NCBI GenBank assembly: GCA_034660955.1
Contig: JAYEKK010000226.1
Coordinates: 1,966 to 65,965 of the forward strand
Direction of reading: 5' to 3'
Length of the DNA: 64,000 nucleotides
From: Candidatus Cloacimonadota bacterium
GTDB taxonomy: Bacteria; Cloacimonadota; Cloacimonadia; Cloacimonadales; TCS61
The notes under the pieces are model-generated. The model did no database searches. It was given only the letters and a program-made list of their open reading frames with translations, and was not told the origin of the DNA. Shown here one piece after another: positions 8,723 to 17,256 of the stretch (its first letter is position 1; the number at the start of each line of letters is the position of its first letter). A program made the position numbers and the translations under genes.

Positions 8723-10333
8723 ATGGACAAAAAAACTCTATTAGCTGTTTTGCTTATACTTGTTGTGTTTTGGTTAAGTAGTGAATTTATTTGGAAAAAC
8801 AAAAATACTCAGCAAACCCAACAACAATCTACAGAGGAAAATGTAACTGATTTATCTAACCAGATAACGGAATCCTCCAACCCAACCGTTGAACCATTAG
8901 AAAACGAAACAGAAATCATTGCTCTGGACAATAACATTGACATCAATAATAATATTGTACTCGAAAACGAACTTACTAAAATAACATTCAGCAATAAAGG
9001 TGCTGTTATCAATTCGATTCAATTGAAAGGCTTTTTTATGAAGGACAAAGTTTCTTTTGTGGAATTGATTCATGAAAACAGCAGCATCCTTAATACAAAA
9101 TTGAACGATACAGCCGGCAATATTTCAAACTATTCTAACATTCCATTCCAATATGAACTTAACGAAGCCAGCCGCAAGATCACCTTCATTTCCAAAACTG
9201 AAAAAGGAACTTATAAAAAAATATTCACACTTTCAGATGACTACGAAATTAACCTTGAAACGCAACTTAGCGGATTTAATAATCTGAGCGGTTATGAATT
9301 TGATTTCGGCAAAGGTATTGCAGATACAGAAGAATACCTGAAAATGAAAAACAGAGAATATGCTGTTATTTCTCAAATAGATAATGACTATAAGAAGATC
9401 GCACTTTCTAAATTGAAGGAAGAGAAAAAAGCAACTGGAAGTATAGATTGGGCTGCAGTTCGTTCCAAGTATTTTACATTAGCAATTATCCCTGATGAAC
9501 TTATAGAGATGAATAAAATTTCTGCTTTTAAAGTTGAGGAAAACCCTTCCATGAAATTATCCATTTCAACAATCGGCTCACAGATCAATCACAAATATCG
9601 CTTGTATTTGGGACCTCTCGATTATGGTAGATTAAAAGAATACAATAATGGAATTAAAAACATTGTGGAAATGGGACCAAAATTCTTACAAGGTCTCAGT
9701 AAATTATTCCACTGGTTCTTATCTTTTTTATATGGTTTTATTCCAAGTTGGGGGTTGGTTATTATTATTTTTTCTATCATTCTTAAAACTCTTCTTTATC
9801 CACTAACTCACAAGAGTTTTGAATCTACAACCAAAATGCAGAAGATCCAGCCACTTACCAAAGAGCTTCAAGCAAAATATAAGGGTGATCCGCAGAAGAT
9901 GAACGCAGAGCTTAAAAAACTATATAAAGAACACGGAGTTAACCCGCTGGGCGGATGCTTACCAATGTTGCTTCAAATGCCAGTGATCTTTGCACTTTAT
10001 CCTCTGCTAAGATATTCTATTTCCTTAAGACAGGCTAGTTTTGGCTGGTTACCAGACCTTTCTGAGCCGGATCCAATTTGGGCACTTCCAATTTTAATGG
10101 CAGTATTTATGTTTGTTCAACAAAAACTGATGGCTCCTTCTAAAAAGAATCTGGATGCAATGGATGATAAGCAAAAAGCACAACAGCAAACTCAAAAAAT
10201 GATGATGTATTTTATGCCTATTATGATGTTCTTCATCTTTAAAGGATTATCATCCGGATTAGTTTTATACTGGACAGTATTTTCAATAATCGGTTCCGTT
10301 CAACAATACTTTATCAAGAAAAAATTTATGTAA
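8723..10333 (+). CDS. yidC: membrane protein insertase YidC
   Basis: N-terminal TM, large periplasmic domain, and a conserved C-terminal core (YPLTHKSFESTTKMQKIQP...NPLGGCLPMLLQMPV...GLVLYW). Confidence 0.93.
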   Translation: MDKKTLLAVLLILVVFWLSSEFIWKNKNTQQTQQQSTEENVTDLSNQITESSNPTVEPLENETEIIALDNNIDINNNIVLENELTKITFSNKGAVINSIQLKGFFMKDKVSFVELIHENSSILNTKLNDTAGNISNYSNIPFQYELNEASRKITFISKTEKGTYKKIFTLSDDYEINLETQLSGFNNLSGYEFDFGKGIADTEEYLKMKNREYAVISQIDNDYKKIALSKLKEEKKATGSIDWAAVRSKYFTLAIIPDELIEMNKISAFKVEENPSMKLSISTIGSQINHKYRLYLGPLDYGRLKEYNNGIKNIVEMGPKFLQGLSKLFHWFLSFLYGFIPSWGLVIIIFSIILKTLLYPLTHKSFESTTKMQKIQPLTKELQAKYKGDPQKMNAELKKLYKEHGVNPLGGCLPMLLQMPVIFALYPLLRYSISLRQASFGWLPDLSEPDPIWALPILMAVFMFVQQKLMAPSKKNLDAMDDKQKAQQQTQKMMMYFMPIMMFFIFKGLSSGLVLYWTVFSIIGSVQQYFIKKKFM

Positions 10334-10346
10334 GGAATATACTAAC

Positions 10347-11150
10347 ATGAAAGAAACACTAAAAGAAATACTAATAATAGGAAAATCAACCTCAAAAATA
10401 ATATCCGACTTTATGAAAGAGTATAACCTTGGGCTTAACGACTTTAAATTTGAAGTGATGGAAGAAGGTTCAAGTGGTTTTTTAGGTCTATTTGGTTCTA
10501 AGCCAACAACTATCAAATTCATCTATAAAGAAAGTAAAGCTCATCTTATAAAATCCAAAGCAAAAAAAATTGTAAAAACCAGTGTTAAACCTGAAAAGAA
10601 GATCAAGAAAAAGATTGGTAAGAAAATCAACTTTAAAAAGGAAAATTCACCAAACAGCAACCCTGAAGACATAATTATAATAACCAAAGATTTTGCGCAG
10701 GGAATTTTGGCAAAAATGAATATTACTTCCGCTGATGTGAAAGTTACCCAAGAAAACGGCATCTATTATGTAACCATAAATAACTCAAAAGATGCAGGTT
10801 TTATTATTGGAAAAGAAGCTAAAATGCTTGATAGTTTACAACATCTTTTAAACCAGATGGTAAATAAAGCTGAGAAGAAAAAAATTCAAGTTATTATAGA
10901 CGTTGATGGATATAGAGATAGACGTAAAAAAGCTTTATTAGAGAAAGTTGACAGCATTGCCAAAAGAGTGAAGGAAACTGGAAGAAGTTACACTTTCGAA
11001 CCACTTCAAGCCAGCAACAGAAAAGTTGTGCATCAGCGAATTGAGAAAGACAGTGCACTTAGAACCAGAACCATTGGTGACGGCTCCAGAAAACGTGTTG
11101 TAATCCTTCCTGCTAATAAAACAAAACAAGGGCAGAAGAAATCAAAATAG
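10347..11150 (+). CDS. jag: Jag/KhpB-type RNA-binding protein (Jag_N, KH, R3H)
   Basis: GFIIGKEAKMLDSLQHL (KH-like), R3H-like C-terminus (FEPLQASNRKVVHQRIE), Lys-rich linker, and position after yidC. Confidence 0.85.
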   Translation: MKETLKEILIIGKSTSKIISDFMKEYNLGLNDFKFEVMEEGSSGFLGLFGSKPTTIKFIYKESKAHLIKSKAKKIVKTSVKPEKKIKKKIGKKINFKKENSPNSNPEDIIIITKDFAQGILAKMNITSADVKVTQENGIYYVTINNSKDAGFIIGKEAKMLDSLQHLLNQMVNKAEKKKIQVIIDVDGYRDRRKKALLEKVDSIAKRVKETGRSYTFEPLQASNRKVVHQRIEKDSALRTRTIGDGSRKRVVILPANKTKQGQKKSK

Positions 11151-11292
11151 GTAAAAATGAAAATACTTTCAGAAATCAAAGAAAGAAACGGTTTTATCTT
11201 TTTGGGACATGATTCGAATAAGCAGTTTATTAGGTTTGGGAAGTGATTTACTCACAAAATTTAATTATTTAACTTAAGATAATGAAACTTTA

Positions 11293-11973
11293 TTAACTTT
11301 TTTTCAACATTTTTTTCATGTTTTCACATAGATGTTTATTGTTTATACATTCAGTATAAAATTTCTCATTTGAACAATTCTTATCTCTGCATTTTGAACA
11401 AAATAAAATACCCACAACATAGAAAATTTCACAAACTGTTTGCGTATTTTTATCATTAAAGAGTTTAAGTGAGTAAGAACAAGCATTAATTAATTTCGGA
11501 CGTAAAAAAGAATAAACACCTTTCCCACTTACTGTTCTGTAAAATTTATTACTCTTTTCATATTTATCAATTATCTTCTGAACTTCTGGTTTTAATGGAT
11601 CTGTATTTTCCCATGTTGAAAAATAACGAGAAGAGTATTTATCATTATGTAAATAAAACCAGTATTCAAAACATGGTTGTGATTGAATTAAATAAAATTC
11701 TGAATTACCATCTGATAGGTTTTCTAGTTTTTTTAGTTTTGATTTATCTCCTTTTAAGGCATCAAGATCTATTAAACCAAAGATATAATCAAAAATTTTA
11801 TCTTTTAATAACTCGTTAGCTTTATTGTATAAAGATTCTAGTTTTTTCCCTTCTTTTGGATATGTTTTTATGTGGACTCTTTCAATTTTTGATAGCTGAT
11901 TAAAATACCAGGCTTCTGTATCTCCCTCAGAAATTATAGCAATTGAAATACCTTCATTTCGTTTAGTCATCAT
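11293..11973 (-). CDS. RloB-like / TOPRIM-like protein (AbiLii-like) with a Cys-rich C-terminal tail
   Basis: IAIISEGDTEAWYF (family pattern: EG..TE..YF), an acidic IDLD motif, and SQPCFEYWFYLH (family pattern: SNPCFELW..H). Overlaps the upstream ATPase gene by 11 nt. Confidence 0.7.
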   Translation of the reverse strand: MMTKRNEGISIAIISEGDTEAWYFNQLSKIERVHIKTYPKEGKKLESLYNKANELLKDKIFDYIFGLIDLDALKGDKSKLKKLENLSDGNSEFYLIQSQPCFEYWFYLHNDKYSSRYFSTWENTDPLKPEVQKIIDKYEKSNKFYRTVSGKGVYSFLRPKLINACSYSLKLFNDKNTQTVCEIFYVVGILFCSKCRDKNCSNEKFYTECINNKHLCENMKKMLKKS

Positions 11974-13285
11974 CTACATTATCCTCTTGTATAAAGGCAG
12001 ATCCAATAAATGGTTTTGCTCCAAATTTTCCAGTTTTATATGCTTTGTAATAATTTAATGAAGACCTAATATTTATATCCTTCAATGAGTATAAATCCGT
12101 AGAACCATCTTCACGTTTTTCAGTAAACCATACAATATCTTTTCTTAACTCGTCCGTTTCTTCAAGTAACGGATGATAATGTGAAGTAAAAATTAATTGA
12201 GATCGTTTAGTATTTAGCATAAAAGTATTAATATAATGATTTAGTAAATCAGGATGAAGAGAAGATTCTAATTCATCAATATTAAGTATACCACCCCTAT
12301 CTACAGTTTGTGATAGAATTCCTGATAGTCCATAATATCTTAAAGTACCTAAAGATTCCAAATTATTTTCTAATTTATAGGTAGTTTCTTTATTGTTATC
12401 CTTAACTAAGTGTTTGAAATAAAGATCTAGGCTAATAAGTTCTTCTTTCGTTTCAAATTTCTTTCTCAACTTATTATATAAAACTGTATCTATTTCTTTT
12501 ATTTTTTCTACCATTTCCTTTGTAACCTTTATTTCGTTAATGTATGCTTCATCTATATTAAAATCGGCTTCTTTAAGCATGTTCAACACATTTTGCTTTT
12601 TTATTTCTTGCTTATGTATTCTATTTGTTACATATTTTTTTAATCGAGTTTTTGGTTCAATAATGGGACGTAAATATTTATGAAACCATTCTCTGACTTT
12701 AGTTAGTATGTCCAGTTGTAGGCTTGTTTTATTATATCCAGATAGTATTGTCATATTTGGTAGAGTATTGCCAGTTATTGTTCTAATATCTACTTCATCA
12801 ATACTGAATTTACTACCAGGATGCAAAATAACTTTCCCTGTTCCTGTTTCTGTAATTCTTGAAAAGTATTTTACTTTATTAGGATCGTAAATACGCAAGA
12901 TCTCATTTAAAATAAATTTGTCATTAAACTCTATTTTGTATGAATATTTTATAGAATCTATTAACATTTCAATTTCAAAAACAGTTGGTGTTTCTTTTGA
13001 AACAGCATCAAATTCAAATGGAATTTGTTGGATTGGATCATCTTTACTTAAGTTATCATCTAATACTATATTGCGAAATCTATCTAAAGAATGTAAAATA
13101 TTAGATTTACCAGATGCATTTGGACCGAAAAGCATCGCAATCTTTAAAACCTTATATTTTCCAATTTCTTCACAAAAGAAATCAAAGTGTTTACCTTTCT
13201 TAGTTGCTACAAAATCCAATACTACTACATCCTTAATAGATAAGTGATTTTTTATTTTAAATTTAAGTATCATTATTTCCTCCAA
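11963..13285 (-). CDS. ABC/SMC-type AAA ATPase (AAA_21/AAA_15-like, AbiLi-like)
   Basis: Walker A GPNASGKSN near the N-terminus. Walker B/D-loop LNIDELESSLHPDL and FTSHY near the C-terminus, with a long helical insert between them. Confidence 0.75.
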   Translation of the reverse strand: MEEIMILKFKIKNHLSIKDVVVLDFVATKKGKHFDFFCEEIGKYKVLKIAMLFGPNASGKSNILHSLDRFRNIVLDDNLSKDDPIQQIPFEFDAVSKETPTVFEIEMLIDSIKYSYKIEFNDKFILNEILRIYDPNKVKYFSRITETGTGKVILHPGSKFSIDEVDIRTITGNTLPNMTILSGYNKTSLQLDILTKVREWFHKYLRPIIEPKTRLKKYVTNRIHKQEIKKQNVLNMLKEADFNIDEAYINEIKVTKEMVEKIKEIDTVLYNKLRKKFETKEELISLDLYFKHLVKDNNKETTYKLENNLESLGTLRYYGLSGILSQTVDRGGILNIDELESSLHPDLLNHYINTFMLNTKRSQLIFTSHYHPLLEETDELRKDIVWFTEKREDGSTDLYSLKDINIRSSLNYYKAYKTGKFGAKPFIGSAFIQEDNVDDD

Positions 13286-13547
13286 TTGAAAAAAATTACG
13301 ATGTCAGAATAAGATATCGACTTATAAATAGTCAATAAGTATTTTTTTAATTAGTGCAATTTATTTGCATTTTATTATAATAAAAGCTGAAATATTGGTT
13401 ACCCTTTGGTTAATTTGTTGTATATTTTACATTAATCTGTTTTTTATCATTATTCAAAATAACTTCTTATTATCATATTTTTTCATAATAATCTTTACAC
13501 AAAATTCATTACGCCATTTTTTCAAATTCAAACAAAGGAAGTGAAAA

Positions 13548-14207
13548 TTGAAAACTTGTCCGTTTTGCGGAAATGAATATGAAGTGAAGAATGATGGAAA
13601 TGGTTTATATCATCAGTGCATAAAATGTAATTCCAAGGTTTACAACTTATCTTTATTAAAGAGATCAAATTATAATAGCGCAATATTTACAAATTTACTA
13701 CTCTCTGCCAAACAAGAGCATACAAAGTCAGATGGAAAATGCTTTAGTTGTGAACAGTCCTTTAGAGAAGTATTATATGAGGCAAACGATTATAAAACAA
13801 AAGTTTATGTTTGCCCTACCTGCTTCTTATTTGCAATAAAGAATTTGGATCTGGCTGTGTTTAAGAATAGCGTGGAGATGCCAGTAGTTCCTGAGATAAA
13901 GATGTCTGCAGAAGCTGAAAAAGTTATAAATGAATTTGATGCACAATTAGTTAATGACAATAAATCATGGGGAACATTTGATCAGGCAGTAATAATTTCC
14001 AAAAATAAAACAATTGGATTTTTCGTTTTTGTGTTCTCTCTTGTTTTTGCTTTTGTAAGATTGGGTTTTTCTTATGGTATTTCAACACCTATTGGTAAAA
14101 TATTTTTTGGTTTATTGTTTATAGTTTGTATGATTGCCGGGTTATTATTAATAATTGGAAAAAAGAATATTAAAGCAATTTTAGAGAAGCTGTTCGTAAA
14201 ACAGTAA
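13548..14207 (+). CDS. membrane-anchored double zinc-ribbon protein, function unknown
   Basis: TTG start. Two CxxC...CxxC units (CPFCG...CIKC; CFSC...CPTC) resembling zf-TFIIB-type ribbons, plus two C-terminal TM helices. Confidence 0.55.
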   Translation: MKTCPFCGNEYEVKNDGNGLYHQCIKCNSKVYNLSLLKRSNYNSAIFTNLLLSAKQEHTKSDGKCFSCEQSFREVLYEANDYKTKVYVCPTCFLFAIKNLDLAVFKNSVEMPVVPEIKMSAEAEKVINEFDAQLVNDNKSWGTFDQAVIISKNKTIGFFVFVFSLVFAFVRLGFSYGISTPIGKIFFGLLFIVCMIAGLLLIIGKKNIKAILEKLFVKQ

Positions 14208-14225
14208 TAGAATACCCGCTTCCGT

Positions 14226-14260
14226 GGGAATGACAGTTGCATTTACTTTTTTACTGTTTC
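14226..14260. repeat. intergenic repeat R1, copy a
   Basis: Shares an identical 22-nt core AATGACAGTTGCATTTACTTTT (14229-14250), plus similar flanks, with 15045-15080. Confidence 0.8.
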
Positions 14261-14460
14261 CTTTCGACATTACATTTGTCACACTGAGTTTATCGAAGTG
14301 TGAAGTACACTTTGTAAGTAAAGTTGGAAGAAAACTCTATCCTTCCTATGGAGAACAACGCCTGCCCCGCTGAATAGCTTGGGGTGAAAGACTCGTCCAG
14401 TCTTCTCAGGCAAATGCCGAATACGCTGCAGCAAGTAGGATGACAGGAGGGATCGTTACA

Positions 14461-14494
14461 GATTTATCTGTGCAATCCGTGTTTATCCGTGAGC
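14461..14494 (-). repeat. triple ~10-nt CACGGAT-type repeat abutting a stop codon, copy a
   Basis: Minus strand reads GCTCACGGATAAACACGGATTGCACAGATAAATC, beginning 7 nt after the stop of 14501-14941. Related copy at 15447-15480. Confidence 0.7.
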
Positions 14495-14500
14495 TAAAAT

Positions 14501-14941
14501 TTATTCCACCCTGGTAAGTATCATTGTATATTCACCTGTTTTATCTTCAGGAAAATCGGTGGGATAATTGCCGTCCGGTGAAGTACAGATCTCAAGTTTA
14601 TTATCCGGTAAAATTCTTATAATTCCAAAACTATTTGTCCACTTAGAACCTGGACAATTACCCAAACAAAATTTGATAGTTACAGGTGATGTTTTACAAT
14701 TTAGCTCAAATCCGCCTTTCTTTCCAACACCGGATCCATCATGGAATTTTTCATTCATGTCATATTTGCCGTTTTCATCAAAGGTAATATCACCGCTAAT
14801 TGCACGTTTGTTGGACGCAATTTCCCATTTTCCTATAATGAATTTAGAGATGTCTTCTTTCACATCAGCATCCTGAGCATAAATTGTGCTTGTAATAACG
14901 AAAACGATAGCGATAAATAAAAAAGCCTTAAAACGATTCAT
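14501..14941 (-). CDS. small secreted protein (lipocalin-like?), function unknown
   Basis: Cleavable signal peptide (FIAIVFVITSTIYAQD) and a beta-rich 146-aa body. Confidence 0.55.
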   Translation of the reverse strand: MNRFKAFLFIAIVFVITSTIYAQDADVKEDISKFIIGKWEIASNKRAISGDITFDENGKYDMNEKFHDGSGVGKKGGFELNCKTSPVTIKFCLGNCPGSKWTNSFGIIRILPDNKLEICTSPDGNYPTDFPEDKTGEYTMILTRVE

Positions 14942-15044
14942 AGAGTCCTCCTAATTTTTTAATGTATCTTATACAAAAAAATCGCATTATTTTTGATGTC
15001 AATGTTATTAATTTTTTGTTTTGTATTAATAGATTCCCATTTTG

Positions 15045-15080
15045 CGGAAATGACAGTTGCATTTACTTTTTACTGTTTTC
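15045..15080. repeat. intergenic repeat R1, copy b
   Basis: Same 22-nt core (15049-15070) as 14229-14250. Confidence 0.8.
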
Positions 15081-15327
15081 TTTTAACCCAAATAATGCAG
15101 TAGGTTTAATTTTAACTTCCTAATTTCAACTTATACAATATAATCAGCTATTTACTTAACTTCTTATAATTGGATATGTTGAACTGCATTGCAGTAGAAA
15201 TTTAGCTCAAATTCTATCTATCTGCTTCATTAATTTAAAACTCGATTATGAATATTTTTCTTTCATATCTTCTTTTTGATTATTTAATTTAAATAATTGA
15301 TTTTTGAGTCCACTCTAAAAAGTTAGA

Positions 15328-15358
15328 TTCAATAAAATAAGAAACCGTTAAAACGGTT
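15328..15358 (-). terminator. possible terminator hairpin downstream of comM
   Basis: AACCGTT-AA-AACGGTT hairpin (15343-15358), followed on the minus strand by TCTTATTTTATT. Confidence 0.4.
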
Positions 15359-15377
15359 ATTACTTATTTTTGTCTCA

Positions 15378-15405
15378 TTAACCACCAACTTAAGTTGGTG
15401 GTTAA
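15378..15405. repeat. perfect 28-nt palindrome
   Basis: TTAACCACCAACTT|AAGTTGGTGGTTAA. Flanked by two further small hairpins (15343-15358, 15422-15437). Confidence 0.85.
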
Positions 15406-15446
15406 TGAAAAGATAGTAATTAACCGATTCATCGGTTTGCAAAAGA

Positions 15447-15480
15447 TTTATCCGTGAATTCCGTGTAAATCTGCGAGCAA
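15447..15480 (-). repeat. triple ~10-nt CACGGAT-type repeat abutting a stop codon, copy b
   Basis: Minus strand reads GCTCGCAGATTTACACGGAATTCACGGATAAATC, starting 9 nt after the comM stop. Confidence 0.7.
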
Positions 15481-15488
15481 CCTCTCTC

Positions 15489-17027
15489 TCACTCCCAAAA
15501 TTTCTTATCTAAACTTCTATATTGTACCGCTTCACTGATGTGTTCAACACTAATATTTTCGCTTTCATCCAGATCTGCAATTGTGCGAGAAACTTTTAAT
15601 ATTCTATCGTAAGCTCTGGCGGATAAGCCCATTTTATCCATTGCCATTTTTAAGATAGATTTACTGTCTTCATTAAGAATGCAATGTTTCCTTATTAATT
15701 TTGATGTCATTTGAGAATTACTGAAAATATTATTTTCTGCAAATCGTTTTAGTTGAATTTCCCTGGAATTATTTACTCGTTCTCTTATTGCAGAAGATTT
15801 TTCTCCGGTTGGAATACTACTGAGTTCATCATATTTAACAGCGGGAACTTCAATATGAATATCGATGCGGTCTAAAAGTGGTCCTGATATCCGGGAACGA
15901 TATCTCTGAATATTACCGATAGGACAAGAGCAAGTATGTCCTTCCACTCCACTTCCAAAATATCCGCACGGGCAAGGATTCATCGAAGCTACCATCATAA
16001 ATTTTGCAGGGAATTCCAAACTTTGTGTAGCACGGGAAATAGTTACAACTTCATCTTCCAACGGCTGACGTAATACTTCCAAAACTGATTTTTTAAATTC
16101 GGGAAGTTCATCCAGAAACAAAACACCATTATGGGAAAGTGAAACTTCTCCAGGTTTGGGATAACTCCCACCGCCAATTAGAGCAACATCGCTAATTGTA
16201 TGATGTGGTGAACGAAATGGTCGGCTGGTTACGATTCCTTTTTGAGCACCAATAAAACCTGCCACCGAATGGATCTTGGTTGTTTCTAAAGCCTCTTCCA
16301 GTGTAAATCCGGGTAGTATCGTGGGAATGCGTCGAGCCAACATTGTTTTCCCAGATCCCGGAGGACCGATCATTAAAACATTATGCCCTCCGGCTGCTGC
16401 AACTTCTAATGCACGCTTCACATGAAACTGTCCTTTCACATCAAACATATCAACCGGACTTTCATCTAAGTGTGAGAACATCTCCTTTTTATCAACTTTA
16501 AAGGGCTCGATTTTTAATTTATCTTCCAGAAAATTTACAACTTCATTTAAAGACGCAGCTGGATATACATTCAATTCATTAATAATTGCAGCCTCTTTGG
16601 CATTTTCATAGGGAAGTATAAGCCCATCCATCCCATCTTTCCAGCAGGCAACTGCAACCGGCAAAACACCATTTACCGGACGCAAACTACCATCCAGGGA
16701 GAGTTCACCAATGAAGGCATATTTCTCTAATTTTGTGGTTTTCATTTGGTTTAAAGCATAAACTAACGCTAACGAAGTAGGAAGATCCAGCGCAACGCCA
16801 TCCTTTCTAATATCCGCCGGAGCTAGATTCACGGTATAGCTATGAGTAGGAAAGCGAAACCCGGAATTCTTAATAGCTGCCGAAACACGATCTTTACTTT
16901 CTTTAACTGAATTTGAAGGCAGACCAACAATAGAAAATTTTGCTAATCCTCCTTTTATATCGGCTTCTACCGTTATCTGCTGTGCGTCTATTCCCTGAAT
17001 TGCATACGATATTGTTTTCCCGTACAT
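15489..17027 (-). CDS. comM: YifB/ComM family Mg-chelatase-like ATPase
   Basis: Lon-protease-like N-terminal domain, Walker A GPPGSGKTM, Walker B LFLDELPEF, a Cys cluster (NPCPCGYFGS...HTCSC), and 512 aa. Confidence 0.9.
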   Translation of the reverse strand: MYGKTISYAIQGIDAQQITVEADIKGGLAKFSIVGLPSNSVKESKDRVSAAIKNSGFRFPTHSYTVNLAPADIRKDGVALDLPTSLALVYALNQMKTTKLEKYAFIGELSLDGSLRPVNGVLPVAVACWKDGMDGLILPYENAKEAAIINELNVYPAASLNEVVNFLEDKLKIEPFKVDKKEMFSHLDESPVDMFDVKGQFHVKRALEVAAAGGHNVLMIGPPGSGKTMLARRIPTILPGFTLEEALETTKIHSVAGFIGAQKGIVTSRPFRSPHHTISDVALIGGGSYPKPGEVSLSHNGVLFLDELPEFKKSVLEVLRQPLEDEVVTISRATQSLEFPAKFMMVASMNPCPCGYFGSGVEGHTCSCPIGNIQRYRSRISGPLLDRIDIHIEVPAVKYDELSSIPTGEKSSAIRERVNNSREIQLKRFAENNIFSNSQMTSKLIRKHCILNEDSKSILKMAMDKMGLSARAYDRILKVSRTIADLDESENISVEHISEAVQYRSLDKKFWE

Positions 17028-17079
17028 ACATCTCTCCCTTTATTAAAGTTTATTTTGGAATTCTGATATTTTCTCGTTC

Positions 17080-17180
17080 GTCATTGCGAGAAGTGAAACG
17101 ACGTGGCAATCATTTTTTTTCTTCTCTTAGCAGTTGAGATTGCTTCGTTTGTAGCAGCATGAAGAAAATCTCGCAAAGAC
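17080..17180. repeat. ~100-nt imperfect inverted-repeat element (MITE/REP-like)
   Basis: Left arm GTCATTGCGAG...GCAATC, right arm GATTGC...CTCGCAAAGAC. Lies between the LTD gene stop and the comM start. Confidence 0.5.
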
Positions 17181-17256
17181 GCTCTTTTTTTAAATTATCG
17201 GCAATTTAACCTTGCGAAGGTCAAAAAACAAGAAGCATTACAACCTTCACAAGGTT

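Noticed and set aside
11157-11246. 29-aa ORF (MKILSEIKERNGFIFLGHDSNKQFIRFGK) just after jag, considered as a truncated gene remnant marking the insertion site of the defence pair
   Set aside because: It is too short, has no RBS, and I cannot match it to any family (not MnmE-like). It is noted only as a possibility.
16940-17137. 65-aa plus-strand ORF overlapping the comM start and repeat element; also the 62-aa ORF 19580-19768
   Set aside because: The first overlaps a strong gene start antisense and runs into the inverted-repeat element. The second spans the LTD gene signal-peptide region and its promoter. Neither has an RBS or recognizable content.
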